DNA from: Candidatus Tayloriibacteriota bacterium | Lineage (GTDB): Bacteria > Patescibacteriota > Minisyncoccia > Phycocordibacterales > PALSA-1337 | Direction: 5' to 3' | Assembly: GCA_943350765.1 (NCBI GenBank) | Contig: CALRAJ010000002.1 | Span: forward strand, 72,951 to 136,950 | DNA length: 64,000 bases | Part shown: in pieces, positions 48,782-57,998 of the stretch | Layout of the letters: each line of letters begins with the position of its first letter | Numbering within the stretch: position 1 is the first letter of the stretch | Translations under genes and position numbers: made by a program | Notes under the pieces: generated by a model | Told to the model about the DNA's origin: nothing | Databases searched by the model: none | The model's input: only the letters and a program-made list of their open reading frames with translations

Positions 48782-48870
48782 TTTATTGCAATTGTGGATT
48801 CATCCCCGACGGCTTGCCGCGGGGATGAATCCGCAAGAATGAGGATGAAGTCGGCGGAGCCGACACTACT
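48782..48870 (+). ncRNA. Structured element E copy 2, bracketed by two terminator hairpins
   Basis: Preceded by gcacagggttgtgc + T-tract (48755-48785) and followed by terminator 48913-48960. Confidence 0.5.
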
Positions 48871-48912
48871 ACATCCGCTCAATTCTGATTGAGCGAGCAG
48901 TAGTCGTATGAC

Positions 48913-48960
48913 GATTCCCCCGAAATTGCAGTAGCAATTTCGGGGGAATCGGATTTTTTT
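48913..48960 (+). terminator. Rho-independent terminator (P-family palindrome plus T-tract)
   Basis: gattcccccgaaattgcagtagcaatttcgggggaatc followed by ggattttttt. Confidence 0.8.
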
Positions 48961-48971
48961 CTGTAAAAAAC

Positions 48972-49028
48972 ATAACGGCTCAACAGAGCCATTCTCATCG
49001 GCTAAACCCCGTGTTTAGCCGATGATAC
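48972..49028. repeat. Degenerate H-family pair (GGCTCAAC half plus GGCTAAAC...GTTTAGCC hairpin)
   Basis: acggctcaacagagccat ... atcggctaaaccccgtgtttagccgatga. Confidence 0.6.
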
Positions 49029-49127
49029 TTTTGGGTAAAAAAACATGGTGCCAGAGGTATATACGCCATGGCGTATATACCTCTGGTTTTTTGTAATTCT
49101 GTTTATAATGTGCTACTATATCTATGT

Positions 49128-50654
49128 ATGAAAAAAATAATAACATCTATCGTCGGCGTCTTTGTGTTATCAATAATGCTGTTTCCTCTGGTATCTACCG
49201 CTCAAATCAATCCTCCACCAGAGGATGTAGTATTGCAGGCACAGATAGCATCTCTTTTGGCTCAGATTAAACGCCTACAGGAGCAACTCGCACAGTTGCA
49301 GGGCGGTTCGGGACAGTTTTGTCATGATTTTAATACAAATCTAAAAATATACTCTAGTGGCGATGAGGTTACCGCACTTCAGACGGCTCTTACGAAAGAG
49401 GGTATTACGCTCAATATTTCTGGTTCATTCGATAGATTTACTGAAACTGCTGTCAAATGGTTTCAGGAAAAATATAGTGGTGAAGTACTGACTCCATCAG
49501 GATTAACACGAGGTACAGGCTTTGTGGGTGTTAGTACTCGTGCAAAACTCAATCAGCTTTATAGGTGTGGTAACAGTGGCTCTTCTCTCCGTGTCATCTC
49601 ACCAAACGGTGGCGAGTCATGGCAGTTGGGAACTACGCAGACTATCAGGTGGAATGCTCCGCAGTATTTTAGAGCAACTTACGCAGATATTTCTTTGGTG
49701 CCTTATTATCCAGATAGGGTGTGTACAGGTACAGTGTGTCCAATGGAAGCTCAACAGTCAATGCGGTATCCATATCAAGGACCGTACACGATTGCTAACA
49801 GTGTAAGTATCAATCAGAATTATTATAGCTGGCCTGTGGGTAGGTATATCATAGGCTATGTGGCGCATGGCGAGGTATCAAATCCGACAGGTATTGTTCC
49901 TAATGGTCAATACAAAATAAAAATCTGCGAAACTGGGACATCAAACTGTGATACTAGCGATAATAATTTTACTATCACTGATAGTCCCCAAGCGAGTATT
50001 TTTCCAGCTGTACTAAATCCAGCTGTAGTTTCAGAATACTATCGTCAGGAGCTTACTATAGACAACGCTTCATCAGCAGGTTTATATCTAGCAGCAGGTG
50101 AGCTTCCTCCTGGGCTTCAGATCATATCAATGATTCCGTCTTGTGCTTATCCACCTGCTGGACAAGTAGCCAATACTTGCTCTGGACAATCTACCATTCT
50201 CGGTACGCCAACCACAGCAGGTTACTATACTTTCACTATCTCTAACAGAAACCCAAGTGCATCGAGAACATATACCCTCAGAGTTAGTCCATCAAACAAC
50301 AACAATCGCACTATCAGTGTCATCTCACCAAACGGCGGTGAAACTTGGAGTATGGGATCTGCTCGCCAAATCATCTGGAATTATTTAAATGCTACTTTAG
50401 ATAGTAGGGTAGATATGTATTTACTAACCAATTATGCCTGCCCAACAAATTATTCTCCGACAGAAATCGTTTGTGTGCCAAATGGGGAAAGAGTCCTCGA
50501 TAAAGATATTTCTGCCAGTGCAATCTATAATTGGGTCGTCGGTACAGATACAGTAGGCAATTATGTACCAACAGGAAGCTACAAGGTTAAGATTTGTGTA
50601 GCTGGTACTTCGGATTGTGATACGAGTAATGCTTCGTTCACTATTACAAATTAG
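49128..50654 (+). CDS. Secreted protein with a peptidoglycan-binding domain and two Kre9/KNH-like Ig domains
   Basis: Signal peptide; PG_binding_1-like GDEVTALQTAL...AVKWFQ; repeats ISPNGGESWQLGTTQTIRW and ISPNGGETWSMGSARQIIW. Confidence 0.55.
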   Translation: MKKIITSIVGVFVLSIMLFPLVSTAQINPPPEDVVLQAQIASLLAQIKRLQEQLAQLQGGSGQFCHDFNTNLKIYSSGDEVTALQTALTKEGITLNISGSFDRFTETAVKWFQEKYSGEVLTPSGLTRGTGFVGVSTRAKLNQLYRCGNSGSSLRVISPNGGESWQLGTTQTIRWNAPQYFRATYADISLVPYYPDRVCTGTVCPMEAQQSMRYPYQGPYTIANSVSINQNYYSWPVGRYIIGYVAHGEVSNPTGIVPNGQYKIKICETGTSNCDTSDNNFTITDSPQASIFPAVLNPAVVSEYYRQELTIDNASSAGLYLAAGELPPGLQIISMIPSCAYPPAGQVANTCSGQSTILGTPTTAGYYTFTISNRNPSASRTYTLRVSPSNNNNRTISVISPNGGETWSMGSARQIIWNYLNATLDSRVDMYLLTNYACPTNYSPTEIVCVPNGERVLDKDISASAIYNWVVGTDTVGNYVPTGSYKVKICVAGTSDCDTSNASFTITN

Positions 50655-50697
50655 GTTACTGGAAAGACGCTTTTTTCCTGTAATTTTTTTCAAGAGC

Positions 50698-50839
50698 ATC
50701 AAATTACGAAATACTGTCGCAGGCGTATCTTTTAAAGGGGGTTCGCAGGCGGGTAGCCGAGATTTCAGGAAAAAATTAGTAAATTTTTATCCGTACCCTT
50801 TAAAAGATATGCCAAGAAAAGTATTTTGTAATTTGGGGT
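50698..50839. mobile_element. MITE-like element copy 4 (subtype B)
   Basis: TIR aaattacgaaatact / agtattttgtaatttgggg; core gggggttcgcaggcgggtagccgagatttcagg. Confidence 0.75.
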
Positions 50840-50906
50840 AAGAAAATTAAAAAGTATCGTATCGTATTTGTAATCCAGTCAGCGTTTTGTTATACTTAGG
50901 AGCATT

Positions 50907-53402
50907 ATGGCAAAGGAAAAAGATGACAAAATAGTCCCTGAAAATGAGGGGGTAGTACCCGAAGCTGTCCGTGGAGTGGTCAATAGAAATATCACTACCG
51001 AAATGCGTGAGTCGTACCTAGACTACGCCATGTCGGTGATCACTTCTCGTGCTTTGCCCGATGTCAGAGATGGTCTAAAGCCCGTGCATCGACGCATACT
51101 TTTTGCGATGAATGAAATGGGTCTCACTTCGTCGTCGCGTTTTCGAAAGTCAGCAACTGTAGTGGGAGAAGTACTAGGTAAATACCACCCACACGGTGAT
51201 GTAGCTGTATACGAGTCCATGGTCAAAATGGCTCAGACTTTTTCTTTTAGATATCCACTTATACTCGGTCAGGGAAACTTCGGCTCTATAGACGGAGACG
51301 GTGCTGCAGCACACAGATATACTGAGGCAAAGATGTCTCGACTTTCCAGCGAGCTTCTAAAAGATATCGAAAAAGATACGGTAGATTTTCGACCAAACTA
51401 CGATAATACCAAAAAAGAGCCGACCGTACTTCCTTCAGCTGTACCCGCTCTGCTTTTAAACGGTACTCTCGGTATTGCTGTCGGTATGGCAACAAATATC
51501 CCTCCCCACAATCTAAAAGAAGTGGTAGATGCGACTATCCACATGATTGAAAACAAAGACGCATCTACGGAAGATTTATTACAGTTTATAAAAGGTCCAG
51601 ATTTCCCAACAGGTGCTGTGATCTATGGCGAAAAAGACATTCAGCACGCCTACTCGACAGGTCGTGGAGGTATTGTCGTGCGTGGCGAGGCAGAGGTTAT
51701 TGAAGACAAAAAGGAAAACTTTCAAATCATCATTACTTCTATTCCTTATCGTGTAAACAAAGCCGAGCTGATTATGCGTATTGCTGACCTAGTACGAGAA
51801 AAGGAAATCGACGGTATCAAGGGACTTAGAGATGAGTCTAGCAAAGACATTCGCATCGTAATCGACCTAAAAGGTGGGGCGCATCCACAAAAAGTTTTAA
51901 ACTATATCTACAAACACACCCAGCTCGAGGAAAAGTTTCACCTCAATGTAGTGGCACTTGTTGATGGTGTACCAAAAACGCTTTCACTCAAATCAATACT
52001 AGAGGAGTTTGTATCCCATCGAGTGATCGTGGTTCGTCGTCGTACCCAGTTTGATTTAAACAAAGCCGAGGAGAGGGAGCACATTTTACTTGGTTTGAAA
52101 AAGGCACTAGACCATATCGATGCTATTATCAAGCTTATCCGTGCATCCAAAGACGCTCCAGAGGCTCATAAAAATCTGATGAAGGAGTTCAAGTTTTCAG
52201 ACAAACAAGCTACTGCTATCCTAGAAATGCGTTTGCAAAAGCTGGCTGGACTTGAGCGTAAAAAGATTGAGGACGAGCTAATAGAAGTGCAAGCTCTGAT
52301 TATCGCACTCAAGGAGATCCTAGGTAGTCCTAAAAAGATTTTAAGTATTATCAAAGACGAGCTTCGGGAGATCGCTACCAAATACGGTGATGATAGACGC
52401 ACAAAGGTAGTCAAGAGAGGTGTGCAGGCGATGTCTGATGAGGATCTTATACCCGATGTTGACTCAGTGCTAGTTTTGACCTCGGGTGGATATATCAAAC
52501 GCACTGCCCCAGAGGAATATCGCAGACAAAAGCGTGGGGGAGTAGGTGTGGTTGATCTGGATACAAAAGAGGAGGATTTTATTACTCATATTGTCAATGC
52601 CAACACTCACGCCGATCTACTTTTCTTTACAAACAAAGGCAAGGCGTACCAGATCAAAATGCACGAAATTCCCGAAGGGAAACGCGCTACCAAAGGCAAG
52701 TCAGTAGTAAACTTTATTCAAATCACTGATGATGAGCGGGTTACCTCTATCTTGCCGATGTCAAAAGAGGTAAAGAAAAGCGGACTAAGCCTCTTTATGG
52801 TTACTAAAAATGGTGTAGGTAAAAAGGTAAATGCTGAGTCTTTCCATGATGTTCGACGAAGTGGTCTGATAGCTATCGGTCTCGACTCAGGAGATAGTCT
52901 GGTCTCAGTGCGGTTTGTGGAAAAAGGTGATGATCTAGTGCTGGCTTCGAGTGAGGGTCAATCTATTCGTTTCAAGGAGTCTGATATTCGAGAGATGGGT
53001 CGTACTGCTATGGGTGTGATCGCGATGCGACTGGAAAAGGATGATATGGTGATTGGAGCCGAAGTGGTCAAAAAGGACATGAAAAATCCAGCCCTACTGG
53101 TAATCATGGCCAACGGCTATGGTAAGCAGACTGAGCTTTCTGAATACAAGACCCAAAAGCGTGGTGGCTCTGGTGTGCTGACTGCAAAGATAACCAGTAA
53201 AACAGGAAAAGTTATCACTTCTAGTGTGGTAGAAAGCGGGGAGTCTGTCGAGGAAGTGGCGGAGCTGGTGGCTATTTCAAAAAAGAGTCAGGTGATTCGT
53301 TGTGATATAAAGGAGATACCAGTCCTAGGTCGTCAGACTCAAGGTGTGCGTATTATGCGACTTCGAGAAGGGGATTCTCTAGCGAGTGCGGTGTGTCTGT
53401 AA
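50907..53402 (+). CDS. gyrA: DNA gyrase subunit A
   Basis: [28 protein letters not shown] active-site region (catalytic Tyr context), C-terminal beta-pinwheel repeats. Confidence 0.95.
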   Translation: MAKEKDDKIVPENEGVVPEAVRGVVNRNITTEMRESYLDYAMSVITSRALPDVRDGLKPVHRRILFAMNEMGLTSSSRFRKSATVVGEVLGKYHPHGDVAVYESMVKMAQTFSFRYPLILGQGNFGSIDGDGAAAHRYTEAKMSRLSSELLKDIEKDTVDFRPNYDNTKKEPTVLPSAVPALLLNGTLGIAVGMATNIPPHNLKEVVDATIHMIENKDASTEDLLQFIKGPDFPTGAVIYGEKDIQHAYSTGRGGIVVRGEAEVIEDKKENFQIIITSIPYRVNKAELIMRIADLVREKEIDGIKGLRDESSKDIRIVIDLKGGAHPQKVLNYIYKHTQLEEKFHLNVVALVDGVPKTLSLKSILEEFVSHRVIVVRRRTQFDLNKAEEREHILLGLKKALDHIDAIIKLIRASKDAPEAHKNLMKEFKFSDKQATAILEMRLQKLAGLERKKIEDELIEVQALIIALKEILGSPKKILSIIKDELREIATKYGDDRRTKVVKRGVQAMSDEDLIPDVDSVLVLTSGGYIKRTAPEEYRRQKRGGVGVVDLDTKEEDFITHIVNANTHADLLFFTNKGKAYQIKMHEIPEGKRATKGKSVVNFIQITDDERVTSILPMSKEVKKSGLSLFMVTKNGVGKKVNAESFHDVRRSGLIAIGLDSGDSLVSVRFVEKGDDLVLASSEGQSIRFKESDIREMGRTAMGVIAMRLEKDDMVIGAEVVKKDMKNPALLVIMANGYGKQTELSEYKTQKRGGSGVLTAKITSKTGKVITSSVVESGESVEEVAELVAISKKSQVIRCDIKEIPVLGRQTQGVRIMRLREGDSLASAVCL

Positions 53403-53405
53403 TAG

Positions 53406-53536
53406 ATTAAAATACCTTTCTGGGTATATTTTTTTGAAAGCACGAGTATTTTTCTGGTGAAAAATCTCTCAAGTCTCAGCTACCCGCTTCCGAAGTCTTT
53501 CAAAAAGATATACCCAGAAAGGTATTTTAATTCGGT
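53406..53536. mobile_element. MITE-like element copy 5 (subtype A)
   Basis: TIR aaaatacctttctgggtatat / atatacccagaaaggtatttt (perfect); subtype A core. Confidence 0.8.
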
Positions 53537-53620
53537 ATAAATTAAGTTTTATCTATATGTCTTTTCAGAAATATAGTCTCCAGCAAAGGCATATTTTGAC
53601 TTGATTGCTTATGTGGTATA

Positions 53621-53762
53621 CCCCAAATTACGAAATACTGTCGCAGGCGTATCTTTTAATGGGGGTTCGCAGGCGGGTAGCCGAGATTTCAGGAATTTTC
53701 TACCAAGAAAATATCCGTACCCTTTAAAAGATATACCCAGAAAGGTATTTCGTAATTTGGGG
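53621..53762. mobile_element. MITE-like element copy 6 (subtype B)
   Basis: Perfect TIR ccccaaattacgaaatac / gtatttcgtaatttgggg; core matches copy 4. Confidence 0.8.
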
Positions 53763-53806
53763 TATTAATGAGAAAAATATCATTTATTAGAGGCATATTT
53801 TACCTC

Positions 53807-53847
53807 AACGGCTCAATGCTTTTATCCTAAAAGCATTGAGCCGTTGC
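53807..53847. repeat. H-family hairpin variant
   Basis: caacggctcaatgcttttatcctaaaagcattgagccgttg. Confidence 0.7.
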
Positions 53848-53900
53848 CTTCTCCACAGGTGCTATTTGGTATACAGTGGTCACTACTGTATAATATAAGT

Positions 53901-54416
53901 ATGTTTTCAAACCCAGAACATAATGTTGATCAGTTTGACATATATCCTGGCATGTCTATCGCAGACTTTGGTGCGGGGTCTGGATACTATACTATTGCTG
54001 GGGCAAAAGCAGTGGGTGGATCAGGTAGGGTCTACGCGATAGAAGTCCAAAAAGATTTGCTAGAGAAAATCAAATCACAGGCGACACATCAACATCTACA
54101 AAATATCGAGTACATCTGGGGAGATATCGAAAAGCTCGGTGGTACTCGTATAAAAGATGCGTCTATCGATCGTGTGATCGCTTCCAATGTCCTATTTCAG
54201 CTCCATGACAAAAAGTCTTTTTGTAATGAGATAAAGAGAGTGCTCAAGCCTGGTGGCAAGGCACTCTGTATTGATTGGTCGGATACCAGCCCGCTCGGTC
54301 CACAGTCTCTCATAACCACAGAGACAGCAAAGGAGCTTTTTCATTCGGCGGGTTTTGCATTTAGTTCATCAATAAATGCGGGAGATCATCATTATGGGCT
54401 TATTTTTATAAAATAA
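53901..54416 (+). CDS. Class I SAM-dependent methyltransferase
   Basis: Motif I IADFGAGSGYYTIAGA; extended -10 box tgtataat at 53887-53894 just upstream of the ATG. The ORF-track start at 53844 is a TTG inside the hairpin repeat. Confidence 0.7.
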   Translation: MFSNPEHNVDQFDIYPGMSIADFGAGSGYYTIAGAKAVGGSGRVYAIEVQKDLLEKIKSQATHQHLQNIEYIWGDIEKLGGTRIKDASIDRVIASNVLFQLHDKKSFCNEIKRVLKPGGKALCIDWSDTSPLGPQSLITTETAKELFHSAGFAFSSSINAGDHHYGLIFIK

Positions 54417-55705
54417 TGAAAGCTTTTCAAACAATTTTACTTGGTATATTTATTTTTTTTATTATTGTCGGTGTAGCATTGTTTGCAACCATGAAAAGCA
54501 AATCCTCAGGTGATGAGCTAGCACCCATAGTTCTCTGGGGTACGGTATCATCTGAGATATTTGAGCAATATCTGAGCAAATTAAATCTATCGCAAGAGCA
54601 AGAGTTAAATGTAACTTATATAGAAAAGCGTGCGGAGTCATTTGATCGAGAGTATATCGAGGCACTCGCTCGTGGCTATGGTCCAGATGCTATCTTGCTT
54701 CCACAAGATTTGATTTTGCGACATTGGGATACTATTTTACCTGTACCGTACGAGGCTTTTACGGAGAGGGATTTCAAGGATACTTTTATACCTGAGGGGG
54801 AGATGTACTTGACTTCAGCGGGGATATTGGCGTTTCCGTTTAGTATTGACCCACTTGTGATGTATTGGAATAGGGATAGCTTTACCAATGCGGGACTGCC
54901 TACTTACCCAAAGACATGGGCGGATATCAGCAATCTCACCAAATCATTGACCAGTCGAGATGTTTCTTCAAATGTCAGCAGTAGTGCTGTGGCACTTGGA
55001 GAATTTAAAAATATAAATCACGCCAAGGAGATTTTGAGCGCTTTGATCATGCAGGCAGGCAATCCTATCGTGACTATTGACTCACAGAATACAATAAACA
55101 ATCTACTCGCCGATAGGCTGGGCTATGCGGTATCGCCGACAGAGACAGCCCTCTCCTTTTATACCAAGTTTTCAAATCCTGTTGATCCTCTTTATTCATG
55201 GAATAAGTCTCTCTCGTCGTCTAAAAACTCATTCTTGAGTGGCAAGCTCGCTACCTATTTTGGTTTCGCATCGGAGTTGGCAGATATCAGAAATAAAAAC
55301 CCAAACATAAACTTTGATGTAGCACTCTTACCCCAAGCGTTGAATGCTAAAAATAGAGTAACTTTTGGTACCATGCTCGGTCTGGCTATTGCAAAAAGTA
55401 CTGGCGATAGTACCAACACCTTCGCCGTAATATCAAGTCTTTTTACACAGTCATCTATTGCTATATGGGCGGATACCACAAAACTTCCGCCTGTTCGTAG
55501 AGATCTATTGCTCACACGCCCACAAGATCCCTACCTTTCGGTATTTTATGATTCGGCACTTATCTCAAAGGCGTGGTTAGATCCACGGCGAGAGCAGACC
55601 GATACTATTTTCCAAAATATGGTCGAATCGGTCATTAGTGGTAGGAGTCGTGCGTCTGAGGCAGTGAGTACCGCAGGTCAGCAGATGGATAATCTCTTAG
55701 AATAG
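54416..55705 (+). CDS. Extracellular solute-binding-protein-like protein with N-terminal TM anchor
   Basis: N-terminal TM; periplasmic-binding-protein-like size and pattern (weak); start overlaps the upstream stop (TAATG). Confidence 0.35.
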   Translation: MKAFQTILLGIFIFFIIVGVALFATMKSKSSGDELAPIVLWGTVSSEIFEQYLSKLNLSQEQELNVTYIEKRAESFDREYIEALARGYGPDAILLPQDLILRHWDTILPVPYEAFTERDFKDTFIPEGEMYLTSAGILAFPFSIDPLVMYWNRDSFTNAGLPTYPKTWADISNLTKSLTSRDVSSNVSSSAVALGEFKNINHAKEILSALIMQAGNPIVTIDSQNTINNLLADRLGYAVSPTETALSFYTKFSNPVDPLYSWNKSLSSSKNSFLSGKLATYFGFASELADIRNKNPNINFDVALLPQALNAKNRVTFGTMLGLAIAKSTGDSTNTFAVISSLFTQSSIAIWADTTKLPPVRRDLLLTRPQDPYLSVFYDSALISKAWLDPRREQTDTIFQNMVESVISGRSRASEAVSTAGQQMDNLLE

Positions 55706-55711
55706 CTATAT

Positions 55712-56161
55712 ATGTCATTTTTTTCACTTACGGATTCTCAAAAAAGACTTTGGCGAGGGGGAGTGACTTTTTGTCTGGCACTTTTTCTATTACTTGCCCC
55801 AGTACTTGTTTTACACGCTCAGGTTACAAGTGGTACTGGACTGGTGCCGTGTGATGGTCCTAGGTCGGTGGCTGGGTCTGATGCTCGTACCTGCAACTTT
55901 CAGACTTTGATCAAAGGTCTGGAGGAGATTATAAAATGGATGTTTATTATCGCTATTCCACTTTCACTTGTTTCCTTTGCCTACGCTGGTATTCTTTTTA
56001 TGTCAGGCAAAGAGGCAAATATCAGCACGGGCAAGGAGATATTTACAAAGGTCATCTGGGGACTAGTCTTTATGGCGGGTGGCTGGCTACTCGTCCATAC
56101 TATTGTCGGTGGTCTACTTGATCCAGATAAGGGTTTTCGACCTTATTTCTTTGGTATATAA
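55712..56161 (+). CDS. VirB2/TrbC-like small membrane protein, paralog 1 of 5
   Basis: Signal peptide, Cys pair, then TM-charged loop (SGKEANISTGKE)-TM hairpin. Confidence 0.5.
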   Translation: MSFFSLTDSQKRLWRGGVTFCLALFLLLAPVLVLHAQVTSGTGLVPCDGPRSVAGSDARTCNFQTLIKGLEEIIKWMFIIAIPLSLVSFAYAGILFMSGKEANISTGKEIFTKVIWGLVFMAGGWLLVHTIVGGLLDPDKGFRPYFFGI

Positions 56162-56168
56162 TATCTTT

Positions 56169-56543
56169 ATGATAGCAAAAATGACACAAAAATATAAAAG
56201 TATGCTAGTGGCAGGGTTTGTCATGATGGTGCTGGTGTCTGTGGGTATTGTCTCCGCGGCACCCGGCGATGGCTCGGCTGGTGTGACCAATCCTATCAAA
56301 GCCAATACTATCCAAGACCTTATTTTTCAGCTGGCAGATATTGTGCTGACCATAGCGGTGCCTGTATCGGCGATATTGCTTATATATTCTGGGTTCCTTT
56401 TTGTAATGGCGAGGGGCAATGAGTCTGAGGTAACCAAAGCAAAAGAAACATTTCTGTGGACTGTGGTCGGTATAGCAGTACTTTTTGGAGCTCGCTTCTT
56501 GTCAGAGATAGTTCGTGGTACAATAAATCAATTAAAAGGATAA
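56169..56543 (+). CDS. VirB2/TrbC-like small membrane protein, paralog 2
   Basis: Signal peptide, then TM-loop (RGNESEVTKAKE)-TM. Confidence 0.5.
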   Translation: MIAKMTQKYKSMLVAGFVMMVLVSVGIVSAAPGDGSAGVTNPIKANTIQDLIFQLADIVLTIAVPVSAILLIYSGFLFVMARGNESEVTKAKETFLWTVVGIAVLFGARFLSEIVRGTINQLKG

Positions 56544-56559
56544 TTATTATTTAGCATAT

Positions 56560-57006
56560 ATGCAAAAATGTATAATGTTTCTAGGTCGTATGGGTGTTGT
56601 TTTAGGAGCTACTTTACCAGTGTTTGCTTTGGCTCAGGAGAGAATAAGTACATTTGAGGGTTTGGTAAACAAGTTTATCAATATAATACAACTGGTTGTA
56701 CCGCTCATCTTTGCTATCGCTCTGGTGGCTTTTCTCTGGGGGATTTTTCAGTACTTCTTCTCTGGAGAGGAGAAGAAGGAGGAGGCAAAGAGTTTTTTAC
56801 TCTATAGTCTCATCGGACTTTTTGTGATGGTTTCTGTGTGGGGTTTGGTAAGAGTTTTGACAGGCACTTTTGTTTTGGATACTACTATACCAGATTATCC
56901 GTCATTGAGGGGTGGGGGAGGGAGTGGTACTCAGCCCATTAATTATGTAAACCCAGGTACAGATTTATTTCCTGGCGGTGCGGGACTACAAATAAGACCT
57001 AATTAA
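56560..57006 (+). CDS. VirB2/TrbC-like small membrane protein, paralog 3 (Gly-rich tail)
   Basis: Signal peptide, then TM-loop (GEEKKEEAKS)-TM; close paralog of 57157-57543. Confidence 0.5.
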   Translation: MQKCIMFLGRMGVVLGATLPVFALAQERISTFEGLVNKFINIIQLVVPLIFAIALVAFLWGIFQYFFSGEEKKEEAKSFLLYSLIGLFVMVSVWGLVRVLTGTFVLDTTIPDYPSLRGGGGSGTQPINYVNPGTDLFPGGAGLQIRPN

Positions 57007-57156
57007 CGACAACTTAAATTAAAAGTGTATTTATAATTGTTTGGCACATCTTATCCACAGTTATATTTGTAGACTTATTTAAATGTGATAGTATTAGTAT
57101 ATAGACCTCGTGTCCCATTATTAGAAATTATTATTAAGAAGTAAAATATACATATT

Positions 57157-57543
57157 ATGAAAAAAGCGTTACTAGCCATTTCAGCGTTTGCACTTCCAGT
57201 ATTTGCGTTTGCAGCTACAGCACAATCATTCAATACTCTTCTAGTAAAGTTTAATAGCATTCTAAACGCTATTATCCCATTTATTATTGCTATCGCAGTT
57301 GTATTTTTCATCTGGGGAGTATTTCAGTACATGATTGCAGGAGATGAGGACAAGAAGAAGGAGGCAAAGGGTATGATTTTATACGGTATTATCGGTATTT
57401 TTGTGATGGTTTCAGTATATGGATTGGTAAATATCCTAGTCAGAACACTTGATTTGGAAAATAGTATTATACCAGGCACGATTCCAACAGTTCCAACGAG
57501 GGCAAATAACAGTGGAGCTAGTAATACTCAGTTAGGTGCCTAA
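57157..57543 (+). CDS. VirB2/TrbC-like small membrane protein, paralog 4
   Basis: Signal peptide MKKALLAISAFALPVFAFA; TM-loop (GDEDKKKEAKG)-TM. Confidence 0.55.
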   Translation: MKKALLAISAFALPVFAFAATAQSFNTLLVKFNSILNAIIPFIIAIAVVFFIWGVFQYMIAGDEDKKKEAKGMILYGIIGIFVMVSVYGLVNILVRTLDLENSIIPGTIPTVPTRANNSGASNTQLGA

Positions 57544-57573
57544 TAGCTAATAGATAAAGCAATAAGTATAAAA

Positions 57574-57855
57574 ATGTTTGGAAAGTTTATCTCTGTAGCT
57601 GAAGCCAGTGCCGTATCTGACATGATGGGTCGGGTCAATGTTGCGATACTCAACCCCATCATGAAGCTTTTGTTTGCTCTAGCCTTTCTCTATTTTCTAT
57701 ATGGTGTCGCAGTGTACTATTTAAATCCGCTGGATACAGAAAAAAGAGCAGAGGGCGGGCAACATATTCTCTGGGGACTGGTCGGGCTGTTTATAATGTT
57801 TTCCGTGTACGGTATCATCAGACTAGTTTTGGGAACATTCGGGATTCAGTATTAG
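57574..57855 (+). CDS. VirB2/TrbC-like small membrane protein, paralog 5
   Basis: TM-loop (NPLDTEKRAEGGQH)-TM. Confidence 0.45.
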   Translation: MFGKFISVAEASAVSDMMGRVNVAILNPIMKLLFALAFLYFLYGVAVYYLNPLDTEKRAEGGQHILWGLVGLFIMFSVYGIIRLVLGTFGIQY

Positions 57856-57875
57856 GTTTGTCGGGTAGGTAGAAT

Positions 57876-57920
57876 AAAAAACAAAAAGCTTTTATCATAT
57901 GATAGAAGCTTTTTGTTTTT
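57876..57920 (+). terminator. Terminator after the pilin-like array
   Basis: aaaaacaaaaagcttttatcatatgatagaagctttttgttttt. Confidence 0.7.
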
Positions 57921-57940
57921 AAATTTTGAATAAATAAAAA

Positions 57941-57990
57941 AGAAAAGCCGGGGTTTGAGATGTGATCTCAAATTACCCGGCTTTGTTGTT
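57941..57990 (-). terminator. Terminator for the minus-strand gene 57999-58640
   Basis: gccgggg-tttgagatgtgatctcaaa-ttacccggc nested palindrome, followed on the minus strand by a T-tract. Confidence 0.65.
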
Positions 57991-57998
57991 TGAACCGT

